DNA of 64,000 nucleotides from the NCBI GenBank assembly GCA_020847095.1, contig JADLCR010000088.1, positions 46,871 to 110,870 of the forward strand, in the 5' to 3' direction. A program made the translations under genes and the position numbers. How positions within the stretch are numbered: position 1 is the first letter of the stretch; each line of letters starts with the position of its first letter. Below are positions 34,732 through 43,978 of this stretch, in pieces. The notes under the pieces were generated by a model that worked only from the letters and a program-made list of their open reading frames with translations, did no database searches and had not been told where the DNA came from. Source of the stretch: Oligoflexia bacterium. GTDB taxonomy: Bacteria > Bdellovibrionota > Bdellovibrionia > JABDDW01.

Positions 34732-35690
34732 TAGAGAGACTTAAAGTTGAGTTGATGCTCGGCATGAATGTCTCGCACAGTCCCTGTCTTAGAGCGCATG
34801 ACGATTGAATGAGTATAAGCGCGATTCCCCGACGACAATCTGACGCCCCTCAAAAGGCTGCCATCGGTAACTCCGGTCGCACAAAACATGACATTGCCTC
34901 GAGCTAATTCGTTAATTCCATAGACTTTATCTAATTGAGAAATACCCATTTTTTCAGCTCTTTTACGTTCTTCATCATTTCGAAACTTAAGGCGCCCTTG
35001 CATATCACCACCAACACAGCGCAAAGCGGCCGCGGCGATAACTCCTTCTGGGGCCCCTCCAATTCCGATGAGTAAATCAACACCGGTCACGTCACGGCAG
35101 GTTGCAATGGCCGCGGATACATCTCCATCAGTGATGAGTTTTATCCGCGCTCCAGTTTTTCTCACGTCTGAAATTAGCTTTTCATGGCGAGGGCGATCTA
35201 AAATAATAACCGTTACATCTTGGACATCTTTTCCAAGTGCCTTAGCGACCGCTCGAATATTGTCTTCCGCCGGAGCTTCGATATCAATTTTTCCAACCGC
35301 AGCCGGACCAACGGCGATCTTATCCATGTAAGTATCAGGCGCATGAAGAAAATTGCCGTTTTCAGCAACTGCTATGACGCTGATTGCATTTTCACCACCA
35401 CGCGCACAAATAGTTGTTCCTTCAAGAGGGTCTAAGGCGATGTCCACTTTCGGCGCATCGGCAGTCACACGCCCAACTTTTTCTCCGATGAAAAGCATGG
35501 GGGCTTCGTCGCGCTCACCCTCTCCAATGACTACAGTTCCGTCAATACGAACGGTATCAAAAGCTTTTCTCATGGCATCTACGGCGGCCTTATCGGCGAG
35601 CTTTTCGTTTCCACGACCCATGTGACGTGCACATGCCAGAGCGGCGGCTTCAGTAATCCGCACAAACTCCAAAGCTAAGTTTCTATCCAT
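34731..35690 (-). CDS. glpX: fructose-1,6-bisphosphatase class II
   Basis: Typical GlpX N-terminus (LEFVRITEAAALA...). Length 319 aa. Confidence 0.9.
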   Translation of the reverse strand: MDRNLALEFVRITEAAALACARHMGRGNEKLADKAAVDAMRKAFDTVRIDGTVVIGEGERDEAPMLFIGEKVGRVTADAPKVDIALDPLEGTTICARGGENAISVIAVAENGNFLHAPDTYMDKIAVGPAAVGKIDIEAPAEDNIRAVAKALGKDVQDVTVIILDRPRHEKLISDVRKTGARIKLITDGDVSAAIATCRDVTGVDLLIGIGGAPEGVIAAAALRCVGGDMQGRLKFRNDEERKRAEKMGISQLDKVYGINELARGNVMFCATGVTDGSLLRGVRLSSGNRAYTHSIVMRSKTGTVRDIHAEHQLNFKSL

Positions 35691-36081
35691 GATTTTCTCC
35701 TTTAGTCATCGCATCGAGAAGGTCTTGCGGCGGTTCAATCACTTTTAATTCATCATTGACGGGCACATGGTGGGTATAACCGGTTGCCACCAACTCTCCG
35801 GTATTTTTGTTTATCATTTCATAATCAAAAACAAAACGAACCCCCTGGCGACTCACTTTAACAGACACTTCGAGAAGGTCTTCAAAGCGCGCAGGTCGTC
35901 GGTAGCGGCAGTGCGACTCCACGAGAGGTAAATGAAACCCCTTATCTGTCCAGTCTTTATAGTTTACGCCGCGAGCTCTTAAATGGTGAATGCGCGCTAC
36001 TTCAAAGTAGCGAAAGTGATTGGCATGATGAACGACACCCATGGCATCTGTATCAAAAAAAGGAACGCGAATCTCGGCCAT
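35683..36081 (-). CDS. acyl-CoA thioesterase (4HBT/YbgC-like hotdog)
   Basis: VPFFDTDAMGVVHHANHFRYFE matches the 4HBT active-site region. Confidence 0.8.
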   Translation of the reverse strand: MAEIRVPFFDTDAMGVVHHANHFRYFEVARIHHLRARGVNYKDWTDKGFHLPLVESHCRYRRPARFEDLLEVSVKVSRQGVRFVFDYEMINKNTGELVATGYTHHVPVNDELKVIEPPQDLLDAMTKGENHG

Positions 36082-36112
36082 GCCATGAAATTACGGGGCG
36101 AGAGTCCGCATA

Positions 36113-36736
36113 TCAATTAGATTTTTGCTCTCGAGCCCAATCTTCTTCAATTGAACTTCTCATTCTTGATGCCATGCGGCGACCAGCAAATTCCAGTGCC
36201 AATGACGTAATGATTTTAGGAATTGGCAGGTCCTCAGCCTTGAACTCCCCTTCCATTGAAATTTCCGTAAATCGCGCACCATCGGCGTCTTCGGTCACAT
36301 GTCCCTTCATCCCTACAAAGCTACCGCTTATCACTTCAAACTGGGTCCTATAACCTTGAGTCGTTTTGAGTGAGCTCATGGCCATAGTCATTCGGGCGTG
36401 AAATCCCAAAAGTGAGCAGTGAATGAACAACTTTTTAGTGACCGGGTCGTATTTGCTTTCTTCAATATAGGGAAGCAGCTCTGAATAGCGATCATAAGAT
36501 GTTACCCTTTCGTGGACAAAATCTATGGGAGCGCGAATTTGTCCTGCCGATTGCATTAAAAGAGATTCCAATCCTTGGCTTTCCAGAGTCTTAACATTAA
36601 CCAAAACCTCCCGATCTTCTTTAATGGCCTTAACCAGGTGCGGCTTAGTCTTCCAATATGGCGGTGGCGTGGCAGCAAGATTCGATGCAACGACGGCGGC
36701 CTTCAAAAAGAAGATACTAAGAATTATTTTAGTCAT
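36113..36736 (-). CDS. hypothetical secreted protein, possibly SRPBCC-like
   Basis: Signal peptide. Overlaps the 5'-nucleotidase gene stop by 8 nt. Confidence 0.45.
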   Translation of the reverse strand: MTKIILSIFFLKAAVVASNLAATPPPYWKTKPHLVKAIKEDREVLVNVKTLESQGLESLLMQSAGQIRAPIDFVHERVTSYDRYSELLPYIEESKYDPVTKKLFIHCSLLGFHARMTMAMSSLKTTQGYRTQFEVISGSFVGMKGHVTEDADGARFTEISMEGEFKAEDLPIPKIITSLALEFAGRRMASRMRSSIEEDWAREQKSN

Positions 36737-38303
36737 TGAGTTCGCGCACTCGCCCTAGTCCGGGGGGACTTATTTTGGGCTGCAGCTTAAGATGGTTCAA
36801 AATCAATTCTCGAATATCGGGACCAACTCGCCAACGAGGAAAGGGACAATCGGAGATCTCAAAAAACTCCTCACAATGTGTGGCCACGTAGTGGGGCATG
36901 GCAATTTTGATGGGATCTCGATTTCCCGATAGAAAAACCGAAATTCTTGGATTTTGTTTTAGTCCAGTCATTCTGATTGAGCCCGGTGAAACTCCAAACC
37001 CAATCATTGTTGTTTTAGCCCACTCTCTCTGAAGAGCCCGATCAAACATGGCCTCAAATTGAGCGCGCTTCATTGTTACATCTACCAACTCGCCCGGATA
37101 TGGCAAAGCCATCAGCAAATTTTCCTTGTCCACAGTCCCTTTTTGAATTTCTTCACGTAACATTTGGCGATTAATAAATGAAAAATCCGTTTTCGCCGAC
37201 TTACGAATAATATCGGCAACCCAGTTGTGAAGTGTCCCCTCTTTTGGATTTTGGGAATTAATGAGCGACAACTGCCCCATGGCTTCGGCAATCGGTTTTC
37301 GAGCCTCTGGCGCCCATTTGTTGTAATGACTTTCGATGAGTTGCGCAATTTCTACATCTGCGAGTTGATTGAGCACCGGCCCAACCGCCCAATGCGAAAA
37401 CTCAGACTGCACCACGGTCTTTTTATTAACATCATAGTCCAAATGCACAACACCGATTTGCCTGCCGTATTCTCCAGCCTCGACAACCAAGCCTTTGCCC
37501 GTGAGTTTTTGTTCTGGAGATAAAATGTGAGAGTGCCCACCTAAAACCAAGTCTAACTCGGGAAATTTCGAAGCGAGGCGATCGTTCAATGAGTGATCCA
37601 AATGAGCCGCCAAAACAAGAATATCAACTTGCGGCCTTAATTCTTTTATGAGCTTTGGTAGCACTTCTTCGGCTTGAAGAATTCGAAAGGGAGCGCCAAC
37701 TCCTTTTGACTGATCTTTAGCCTCAATTTCGAAAGAGTGCGTGAGTCCGATAAAGCCAATTTTGACACCCAAGCGGCGGACAACAACATAAGGATCGAAC
37801 GGCCTCTTCCCGTCTTTATCGACCAAATTGGCCGAAATGAGCGGAGCAGGTTCATATTTTTTTGCCCAAGAAAAAAGATTATCGAGCCCGATTTTCACTT
37901 CATTATTGCCCACAACCCTGAAGTTAAAGGCAGGCAATTTGGAAACAATTTCTGCCATGGTTTCGTCATTGCTCAATTGAGCGGGCTGACTTCCTTTTTT
38001 ATACATATCTCCGACATCAATTAAAATGGCGTCCGGGTCCCCCTCTCGAATTACTTTTAGGGTGGTTGCCAAATAAGCAAGGCCCCCTCTTCCGTTTCGA
38101 CTGGGCATATAGTGCGAGTGGATATCGTTTGTATGAAATATTTTAATAACCCTAATCGGATCGGTTGATTTTTGTGATGATGAGCATCCAAGAACTAGTG
38201 AAAGAACTAGAAACCAAAGAAAAAACCGAATAGGGTGAATCATGACTTCGATATCATCACAGAGTTTGCCTTTTTGGAAGAGGCAGCTACCAAACATCAT
38301 CAC
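36729..38303 (-). CDS. 5'-nucleotidase/metallophosphoesterase family lipoprotein
   Basis: Calcineurin-like motifs HTNDIHSHY and GNNE plus a C-terminal 5'-nucleotidase domain. A probable lipoprotein start at the internal Met (38243). Confidence 0.8.
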   Translation of the reverse strand: MMMFGSCLFQKGKLCDDIEVMIHPIRFFLWFLVLSLVLGCSSSQKSTDPIRVIKIFHTNDIHSHYMPSRNGRGGLAYLATTLKVIREGDPDAILIDVGDMYKKGSQPAQLSNDETMAEIVSKLPAFNFRVVGNNEVKIGLDNLFSWAKKYEPAPLISANLVDKDGKRPFDPYVVVRRLGVKIGFIGLTHSFEIEAKDQSKGVGAPFRILQAEEVLPKLIKELRPQVDILVLAAHLDHSLNDRLASKFPELDLVLGGHSHILSPEQKLTGKGLVVEAGEYGRQIGVVHLDYDVNKKTVVQSEFSHWAVGPVLNQLADVEIAQLIESHYNKWAPEARKPIAEAMGQLSLINSQNPKEGTLHNWVADIIRKSAKTDFSFINRQMLREEIQKGTVDKENLLMALPYPGELVDVTMKRAQFEAMFDRALQREWAKTTMIGFGVSPGSIRMTGLKQNPRISVFLSGNRDPIKIAMPHYVATHCEEFFEISDCPFPRWRVGPDIRELILNHLKLQPKISPPGLGRVRELND

Positions 38304-38826
38304 AGGATTGCGCGCCTTTTTTGTGCTTCCCGTAGTAGCGCTGTTGATGACTGATTCATACTGGCCGAACTTTTGGGCGACCGGGCTTTTTATCGTGGCC
38401 TCGGTAAGCGACTATTTTGATGGTTATTTCGCGAGAATTTACAAAATCGAATCGATTTTCGGAAAATTTTTAGATCCCGTAGCTGATAAGCTTTTGGTTA
38501 ACGGTGCGTTGATCATGCTCATCCCGTTGGGCCGAGTGCACCCCATTTTGGTTTTTCTTATACTATCTAGGGACATCTTTATTAACGGGCTTAGGGCCGT
38601 AGCCGCTTCAGAAAATCTTGTCATTGGGGCGGGGTGGACCGGCAAGTGGAAAACGGGCACGCAAATGACGGCCATTCCTTGCATTATGCTAAAGGAACCA
38701 CTTTTTGGGGTTGTCCCCATATTAGAAATAGGACAGGTCCTTTTGTGGGTGAGCTTTGGATTGAGCGCCATTTCTGGGGTCCAATACGCTCTGTATTTCT
38801 TTAAGAAATCTCGCTACATGCGCTGA
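38242..38826 (+). CDS. pgsA: CDP-diacylglycerol--glycerol-3-phosphate 3-phosphatidyltransferase
   Basis: CDP-alcohol phosphatidyltransferase motif DYFDGYFAR...GKFLDPVADK. Confidence 0.8.
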   Translation: MTSISSQSLPFWKRQLPNIITGLRAFFVLPVVALLMTDSYWPNFWATGLFIVASVSDYFDGYFARIYKIESIFGKFLDPVADKLLVNGALIMLIPLGRVHPILVFLILSRDIFINGLRAVAASENLVIGAGWTGKWKTGTQMTAIPCIMLKEPLFGVVPILEIGQVLLWVSFGLSAISGVQYALYFFKKSRYMR

Positions 38827-38887
38827 AGTCTTTGCCATTGACATCAATGTCCTTCCCGATTTATTTGATTAGTTCATTTTCAAGAGC

Positions 38888-38964
38888 GCGGGTTTAGCTC
38901 AGTTGGCTAGAGCGGTACCTTGCCAAGGTACAGGTCGAGGGTTCGAGCCCCTTAACCCGCTCCA
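38888..38964 (+). tRNA. tRNA-Gly (anticodon GCC)
   Basis: Hand-folded cloverleaf: acceptor GCGGGTT/AACCCGC, D-stem GCTC/GAGC, anticodon stem GTACC/GGTAC with loop TTGCCAA, T-loop TTCGAGC, and an encoded CCA. Confidence 0.93.
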
Positions 38965-38976
38965 TTTCAGAAAATA

Positions 38977-39010
38977 AAAAGGCTACCCAAAGGGTGGCCT
39001 TTCTTGTTTT
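38977..39010 (+). terminator. rho-independent terminator after tRNA-Gly
   Basis: ggctaccc-aaa-gggtggcc followed by tttcttgtttt. Confidence 0.5.
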
Positions 39011-39161
39011 CTGAGTTGAGGTTAAGGGGCGAGAAGGGAAAATTCGGCCGCGATAAGCACGACATTAGGAGTGCCTATGGCGGCAAATCAAGCACGAAGC
39101 TAGATTTAGAATTTTCCGGGAGGCTACGCAGGAGTGAGCGTGACGCGAACGACGTAGTAGC

Positions 39162-39185
39162 CGAGCCCCTTAACCCGCTCCATTT
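39162..39185 (+). repeat. 24-bp direct repeat of the tRNA-Gly 3' end (att-like remnant)
   Basis: cgagccccttaacccgctccattt is identical to 38943..38966 (T-loop through acceptor plus 3 nt). Confidence 0.8.
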
Positions 39186-39240
39186 ATAAACTCCAAAAAC
39201 TGCTCCAAATAGTTCACTGACCAACCGATAAGCCACTGGC

Positions 39241-39942
39241 ATGCTGGACAAATTCGCACTAACTAGACTTTCAGCCATTCTCTTGTCTCTGCTTCTGGCT
39301 CAAGCGAGCTTTGCCGATAAAATCTGCCAACCATCTGAAGTACAGCTCATTCTAAGGCAACTGATAGATTCAATTGGCCCACATACAAAAGCGACCGTTC
39401 CGATAAAGACTTGCCCCCATTGCTCAGACTCCCTTTATTTGGGTAAAAACGGAAGAGCCCATTCCGAACCCCATTTCATGAACGCTTATTCAGGTCACGC
39501 GTCACTTGAGAGTCAACTTGGAGAAAAGGCTCGCGACGGATTGTCGACTACGGTTTTCTCACCTGAAATCAGCGTTGACGATGTTATAGATTCTCTCAAA
39601 AAACCTTCGTCTTTTAAACTCAGTCGACGCGACCATGACCTTTTAAATTCGCTACCAAAAAACTTAGATGACGCTGACAAGGTGATTTCTGCAGGAGGAG
39701 GCAAAATTGCGTTTGAGGCTGAAGTACTGATCAAAGGCGAAACTTACCAAGTGCGAGTGGTTTCGTGTCAGGCGGACCAATGTGTTGATGGACTTCAGAG
39801 GAGCTACTCAAAAGGAGAGATTATTTCGCTTATTCCCATTTGCGGGCCCTCGGGATTTAAAGTAATTTCAAGAAGATCCGGAGCTAAGGTTGTGCCGCTC
39901 AAAAGTTGCAACTCTGATGCTGGGATCTCAATTTCCCATTGA
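39241..39942 (+). CDS. hypothetical secreted Cys-rich protein
   Basis: Signal peptide. Multiple Cys. No known motif. Confidence 0.5.
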   Translation: MLDKFALTRLSAILLSLLLAQASFADKICQPSEVQLILRQLIDSIGPHTKATVPIKTCPHCSDSLYLGKNGRAHSEPHFMNAYSGHASLESQLGEKARDGLSTTVFSPEISVDDVIDSLKKPSSFKLSRRDHDLLNSLPKNLDDADKVISAGGGKIAFEAEVLIKGETYQVRVVSCQADQCVDGLQRSYSKGEIISLIPICGPSGFKVISRRSGAKVVPLKSCNSDAGISISH

Positions 39943-40048
39943 GAAAGCCGCCACCATATTCAACATTCGAACTTCCTAGGTTTTAATATTGACGAAATCC
40001 TGATTTTGGATACCTTGCTTCAATAAAAAGTAACAAGGGGTATAGGGA

Positions 40049-40981
40049 ATGAAACTAATATCAGTTTTGGCTTTGGGGCTTATTGCTTTTGAATTGTCGA
40101 ACGCTGAGGCCCAAGGCATCCGAGGTCAACAGCAAGTTCAACCTCAGCAGTCGCGTCGTCCAGCAGCGATGGAGCCCGATATGGATGAATCTGATGAAGG
40201 GACACCATCACCTGGTGCCAACAGGTCAACTAGCCCTGGAGCTGTTCCGTCACCCTATCGATACTCACTTGGCTATGAATCCTCAACTACGGGAATCATG
40301 GCGCAGAACTATATCGTTGGGGGCAAATGGCTGAGTTCCAACTTTGGAATTGATATTTATTTTGGCTTCACTAAATCTGCCGACACGACGGCCACGTCAG
40401 TAGCAACATCTACAAATGCTTTGACCAATGCTCGCACCATCACGACAACCTATTCGGGTTCGGCAAATCCAAACGTATTTACCTTGGCCGCTTTTCCAAA
40501 GTGGAAGCTATTTCGAAACAACTGGCTTTTCGTATTTGGTGGTCCTTTTGCCGGGGTCAATTATTTAACCAAAGTTGAATATCCAAATGGCGGAAACACC
40601 GTCGAAACAATCCCTAATGCCAATGACCCTACTAACAAGTCCGTAGTCGACACCAGTATCGGGACGACGACAATCGAATCCCGAATGCATATTGTTGCCG
40701 GACCCCGTATTGGAGCGGAAATTTTTCTCAAATGGTTCCCCCAAATTTCAGTGGGTATGGCCACCGGAATCGCCACAACCATTGGGGCAGATACAAAACA
40801 AAAAACATCGACTCGTTCACGGACGTATAATGTGGTTAACGGCGTAGATCAGGCTCCTACCGCAGATTCCAACGCGGTCACTGAAACAACGACTAAGCCG
40901 GGGATTTCATCTTCTACGTTTGGGTTGGGCGGAACTCAATTCAATCTCTTTGGAAATTTCACGATCAGATATTACTGGTAA
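40049..40981 (+). CDS. hypothetical secreted protein, possible outer-membrane beta-barrel
   Basis: Signal peptide, Thr/Ser-rich, C-terminal ...RYYW. Confidence 0.5.
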   Translation: MKLISVLALGLIAFELSNAEAQGIRGQQQVQPQQSRRPAAMEPDMDESDEGTPSPGANRSTSPGAVPSPYRYSLGYESSTTGIMAQNYIVGGKWLSSNFGIDIYFGFTKSADTTATSVATSTNALTNARTITTTYSGSANPNVFTLAAFPKWKLFRNNWLFVFGGPFAGVNYLTKVEYPNGGNTVETIPNANDPTNKSVVDTSIGTTTIESRMHIVAGPRIGAEIFLKWFPQISVGMATGIATTIGADTKQKTSTRSRTYNVVNGVDQAPTADSNAVTETTTKPGISSSTFGLGGTQFNLFGNFTIRYYW

Positions 40982-40992
40982 TCAAACGAAAC

Positions 40993-41020
40993 ACAACGGC
41001 CCCCGAGCAGGGGCCGTTGT
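40993..41020. terminator. bidirectional terminator hairpin between convergent genes
   Basis: acaacggcccc-gagca-ggggccgttgt. Confidence 0.45.
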
Positions 41021-41042
41021 GAAATACAATTCAACTTTTTAA

Positions 41043-42338
41043 TTAATGAGTACGGTCAGCTAAAAATTTGGCCTTCTTAACCGCTTCGCCAACATTCAAG
41101 AAACCGCCGCTTGATACTTTGTCGGTAAGAAAAGTCTTCTTTGTGCTCGTTTCTAGTAAAATAGCTTTAACTTCGTTCCATTTTAGATTGGGGTTAGCTG
41201 CTAACATGAGCGCAGCCGCACCGGCGACGTGCGGTGACGCCATCGAGGTTCCACTTAAATACTGAAACCACCCCTTACTCACAGTGTTTCTTAATGGGGT
41301 ATCTAAAGAATAAATGGTATCGCCAGGGGCCACAATATCGACGCTCACTTTGCCGTAGTTAGAAAAGCCCGCGAGCTCCCCTTTATCATTGTAGCTTGCT
41401 GCAACTGAAACAATGTTATCAAGATCATAAGCCGCCGGGTACATAGGAGTCTTGTCGGCGTTGCTACTATCATTGCCAGCAGCCGCTACAAATAGCATTC
41501 CTTTGTCCATGGCGTACTTGATCGCATCATAAAGGGCTGGGTTTGCTTCGTCACTTCCCCAACTGCAATTAATGACTCTTGCACCATTATCCGCAGCGTA
41601 CACGATTGTTTTAATTGCGGCTTCGTCAGTTCCAGAACCATCGGCACCTAGAAATTTAACTGTCATAATGCTTGTGTACCAATTGACACCAGATATTCCG
41701 GACTTGTTCCCACCAACCGCTCCAATGGTGCCCGCTACGTGGGTGCCATGATAATGATTTTCATTGGGCGACGGTGAATTGGTCTCAAAGTTATAACCAT
41801 TCACGTCATCAATGTACCCATTGCCATCGTCATCAATTTTGTTTTTAGATTTATCTTTTCCGTTGGCGTCTTTTCCGAATTCTCCCGGGTTGACCCAAAT
41901 ATTATCGCCAATATCAAAATGCTTCATGAAGGTTCCGGTGTCGGATACGGCCACAACGATCTTTCGATCGCCTTGAGTGATTTTCCACGCCTCAAAAGTG
42001 TTTGAGGCCTTTATCCCCCAAGTGCCTCCGGCCTCTGATTCCATTTGGGAGAGCGTAGGAACGGAGTCGTTCGAAACCAAACGAACTCGTCCATTTCTTG
42101 CGATATACAGAATTTCTCCGGCAGATTTTTCGCCGATTCGGCTCACCGGAAGGCCTTGCCCCTTAATCACCGCCATATTTAGCTGAGGAATAAATGTTTT
42201 GACCGACTGAAATCCATCGAGCTCTTTTAGAGCTTTAATTCCTTTGGCCGTATCTCCACGAAACCGGACAATATATTCCGCGGCACTTCCAACATTGCTG
42301 ATGAGAATTAAAATTAACCCCACAAGACCTGCTCGCAT
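41043..42338 (-). CDS. secreted subtilisin-like serine protease (peptidase S8)
   Basis: VAVSDTGT, HGTHVAGT and GTSMASPHVAG. Signal peptide from the internal Met MRAGLVGLILIL. The ORF track extends to 42407. Confidence 0.88.
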   Translation of the reverse strand: MRAGLVGLILILISNVGSAAEYIVRFRGDTAKGIKALKELDGFQSVKTFIPQLNMAVIKGQGLPVSRIGEKSAGEILYIARNGRVRLVSNDSVPTLSQMESEAGGTWGIKASNTFEAWKITQGDRKIVVAVSDTGTFMKHFDIGDNIWVNPGEFGKDANGKDKSKNKIDDDGNGYIDDVNGYNFETNSPSPNENHYHGTHVAGTIGAVGGNKSGISGVNWYTSIMTVKFLGADGSGTDEAAIKTIVYAADNGARVINCSWGSDEANPALYDAIKYAMDKGMLFVAAAGNDSSNADKTPMYPAAYDLDNIVSVAASYNDKGELAGFSNYGKVSVDIVAPGDTIYSLDTPLRNTVSKGWFQYLSGTSMASPHVAGAAALMLAANPNLKWNEVKAILLETSTKKTFLTDKVSSGGFLNVGEAVKKAKFLADRTH

Positions 42339-42446
42339 GCCCCCTCCTTGGCTCGTTGTTAGAAACTCGACTACGGATAAAAGCCTAGCATGAAAGGGGC
42401 AAAACAATAATGAAGCGGAAAGAAAACTGGACGAACGGCGGGTTGG

Positions 42447-43166
42447 TTAAGGTCGGTCAGTAACGATCGCGGCTTCACCATCTTCATTCAGAAGCCTCTG
42501 GAGATAACGATAGGGAAGCCATGACTGCGGATAGTTAGTTCCCCAACTATTGATGATCTTAACGGCTTGTCTCTCGTCGCTTGCGCCGATGATACAAACG
42601 CAATGTCCTCGATTTCGCTCGTGCCGACCGAGTCCATTTTTTGCGATCCAATAATCTCCTGATATGAGCTCGGGCGAATCCATGTTGTTATACCATTTAA
42701 CGCCAATTGTGACGGGCGTTCCTTTTGAAATGGCGGTGCGAATCTGATCAACATTCTCAGCCCACCTGTTTTCAAGGATCCCTTCCTTTTTATTGGGTCG
42801 GTAGCGCCGTTGGCCCACCACTCGCACATGTCCAAGGCCTCTGAGAATGTCCATGGCCGCCATAACGGTTGTGCCATTTTGATCACCAGGGTTTGTGTCA
42901 GGCCAAATATCCACCTCTTTTGCCATATTCCAAAGCCAACGGGCATCATAATAACGCCGATTCAGAATAGACATCATCCAAGATGAGCCAAAGCCAACGC
43001 AGGCGCCTTCAGAACCTTGATCATATTTCGAAATATAATTTTTGTTAACTTTCAGAACTTTTTCAACGCGGGTCGCGGTCCTTGGAACCAAAGCTGAATA
43101 AGCCCAAAGTCGCTGGTGATCCGTATTATAAGGCGGCTTCCAACCCAGAAGTTTCTTCTTTCCCAT
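42447..43166 (-). CDS. papain-like cysteine peptidase (C1-like), no signal peptide or prodomain
   Basis: Gln six residues before the Cys in QGSEGACVGFGSSW. HCVCIIG and NSWG with papain-like spacing: Cys to His about 135 residues, His to Asn 17. N-terminus MGKKKLLGWKPPY. Confidence 0.6.
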   Translation of the reverse strand: MGKKKLLGWKPPYNTDHQRLWAYSALVPRTATRVEKVLKVNKNYISKYDQGSEGACVGFGSSWMMSILNRRYYDARWLWNMAKEVDIWPDTNPGDQNGTTVMAAMDILRGLGHVRVVGQRRYRPNKKEGILENRWAENVDQIRTAISKGTPVTIGVKWYNNMDSPELISGDYWIAKNGLGRHERNRGHCVCIIGASDERQAVKIINSWGTNYPQSWLPYRYLQRLLNEDGEAAIVTDRP

Positions 43167-43171
43167 CTGCG

Positions 43172-43978
43172 CTAGCCCACTTTCCTAATAGAAATCCGAT
43201 TCTTTAACATGGGGTTGAGAAATCTCTCTTTATCTTGAAGTACTTTGATAGCCTCAGGCTCCACTATCATTCCTGTGGCTTCACTCAGTTTGTCGCTGAG
43301 CGCTTTTGGATCTTTATCTACAAATTCCTCAACATCTTTAATTCCAGCTTTATCAAATAGTTTGCTGATCTCGCGTGGAAGCACTTTCGAAGCCACAAGT
43401 CCGGACTTGCCAATTTTAGTTTTCCAATCCACCTGGCCGTTAACCTTTTTTAACGCCTCTAAACCACCGGCTTTATTTGTAACCCGTTGAAAATCATCGA
43501 CTGAGAAAATTCGATTCTTTTTAAGGGTCTCTATTGTTTCCGCAGGTAAATCCAGTGACTCGATAGGTTCGTGCTTTTCAAGCATCAAAGGCACTTGTGC
43601 ACCAACAACAGGTCTCACTTTCAATCTGAATTGGCCAACACCAGGGCCCGCCTTTTCGCTATCAGCAACGCTAGCAACAATTTGCCCCAAATTGTCTACA
43701 CGTGCCTTGATTGGCAGAACAATGTCGATTTCATCCACCAAAAAAGCGGCGGTTCCGTTTTGATATTTTGTCAGTTCATTTTGCACGCTTGAGAGAGATA
43801 GGGCAATGCTTTCTCCTAGTTCGTGCAACACAACTTCTCCAGTCGTGATGTTTGGACCGCCGGAGTTACCAGAATTTGGGGGAGTGGTAGGGTCCCCGAA
43901 TCGTATCAATGACTGGTTCTTTGCTCGACGTTTGATTGCTTTCTTAGCTATTTTCTTCCGTGATTTCATCTGTCCCAC
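43172..43978 (-). CDS. hypothetical protein with poly-basic N-terminus and RFGDP motif
   Basis: MGQMKSRKKIAKKAIKRRAKNQSLIRFGDP. No signal peptide. Shares its N-terminal architecture with the 45521..46693 product. Confidence 0.5.
   Translation of the reverse strand: MGQMKSRKKIAKKAIKRRAKNQSLIRFGDPTTPPNSGNSGGPNITTGEVVLHELGESIALSLSSVQNELTKYQNGTAAFLVDEIDIVLPIKARVDNLGQIVASVADSEKAGPGVGQFRLKVRPVVGAQVPLMLEKHEPIESLDLPAETIETLKKNRIFSVDDFQRVTNKAGGLEALKKVNGQVDWKTKIGKSGLVASKVLPREISKLFDKAGIKDVEEFVDKDPKALSDKLSEATGMIVEPEAIKVLQDKERFLNPMLKNRISIRKVG

Noticed and set aside
39050-39185. Possible second (degenerate) tRNA or tmRNA-like element ending in the repeated tRNA 3' end
   Set aside because: The upstream sequence does not form a D or anticodon arm, nor a matching T-stem. 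Only the 3' 24 nt are shared, which fits an att duplication rather than a second gene.
39004-39278. Two small ORFs (61 and 67 aa) between tRNA-Gly and its 3'-end repeat
   Set aside because: They span the terminator hairpin and the att-like repeat. No RBS or motif. Most likely non-coding remnant DNA.
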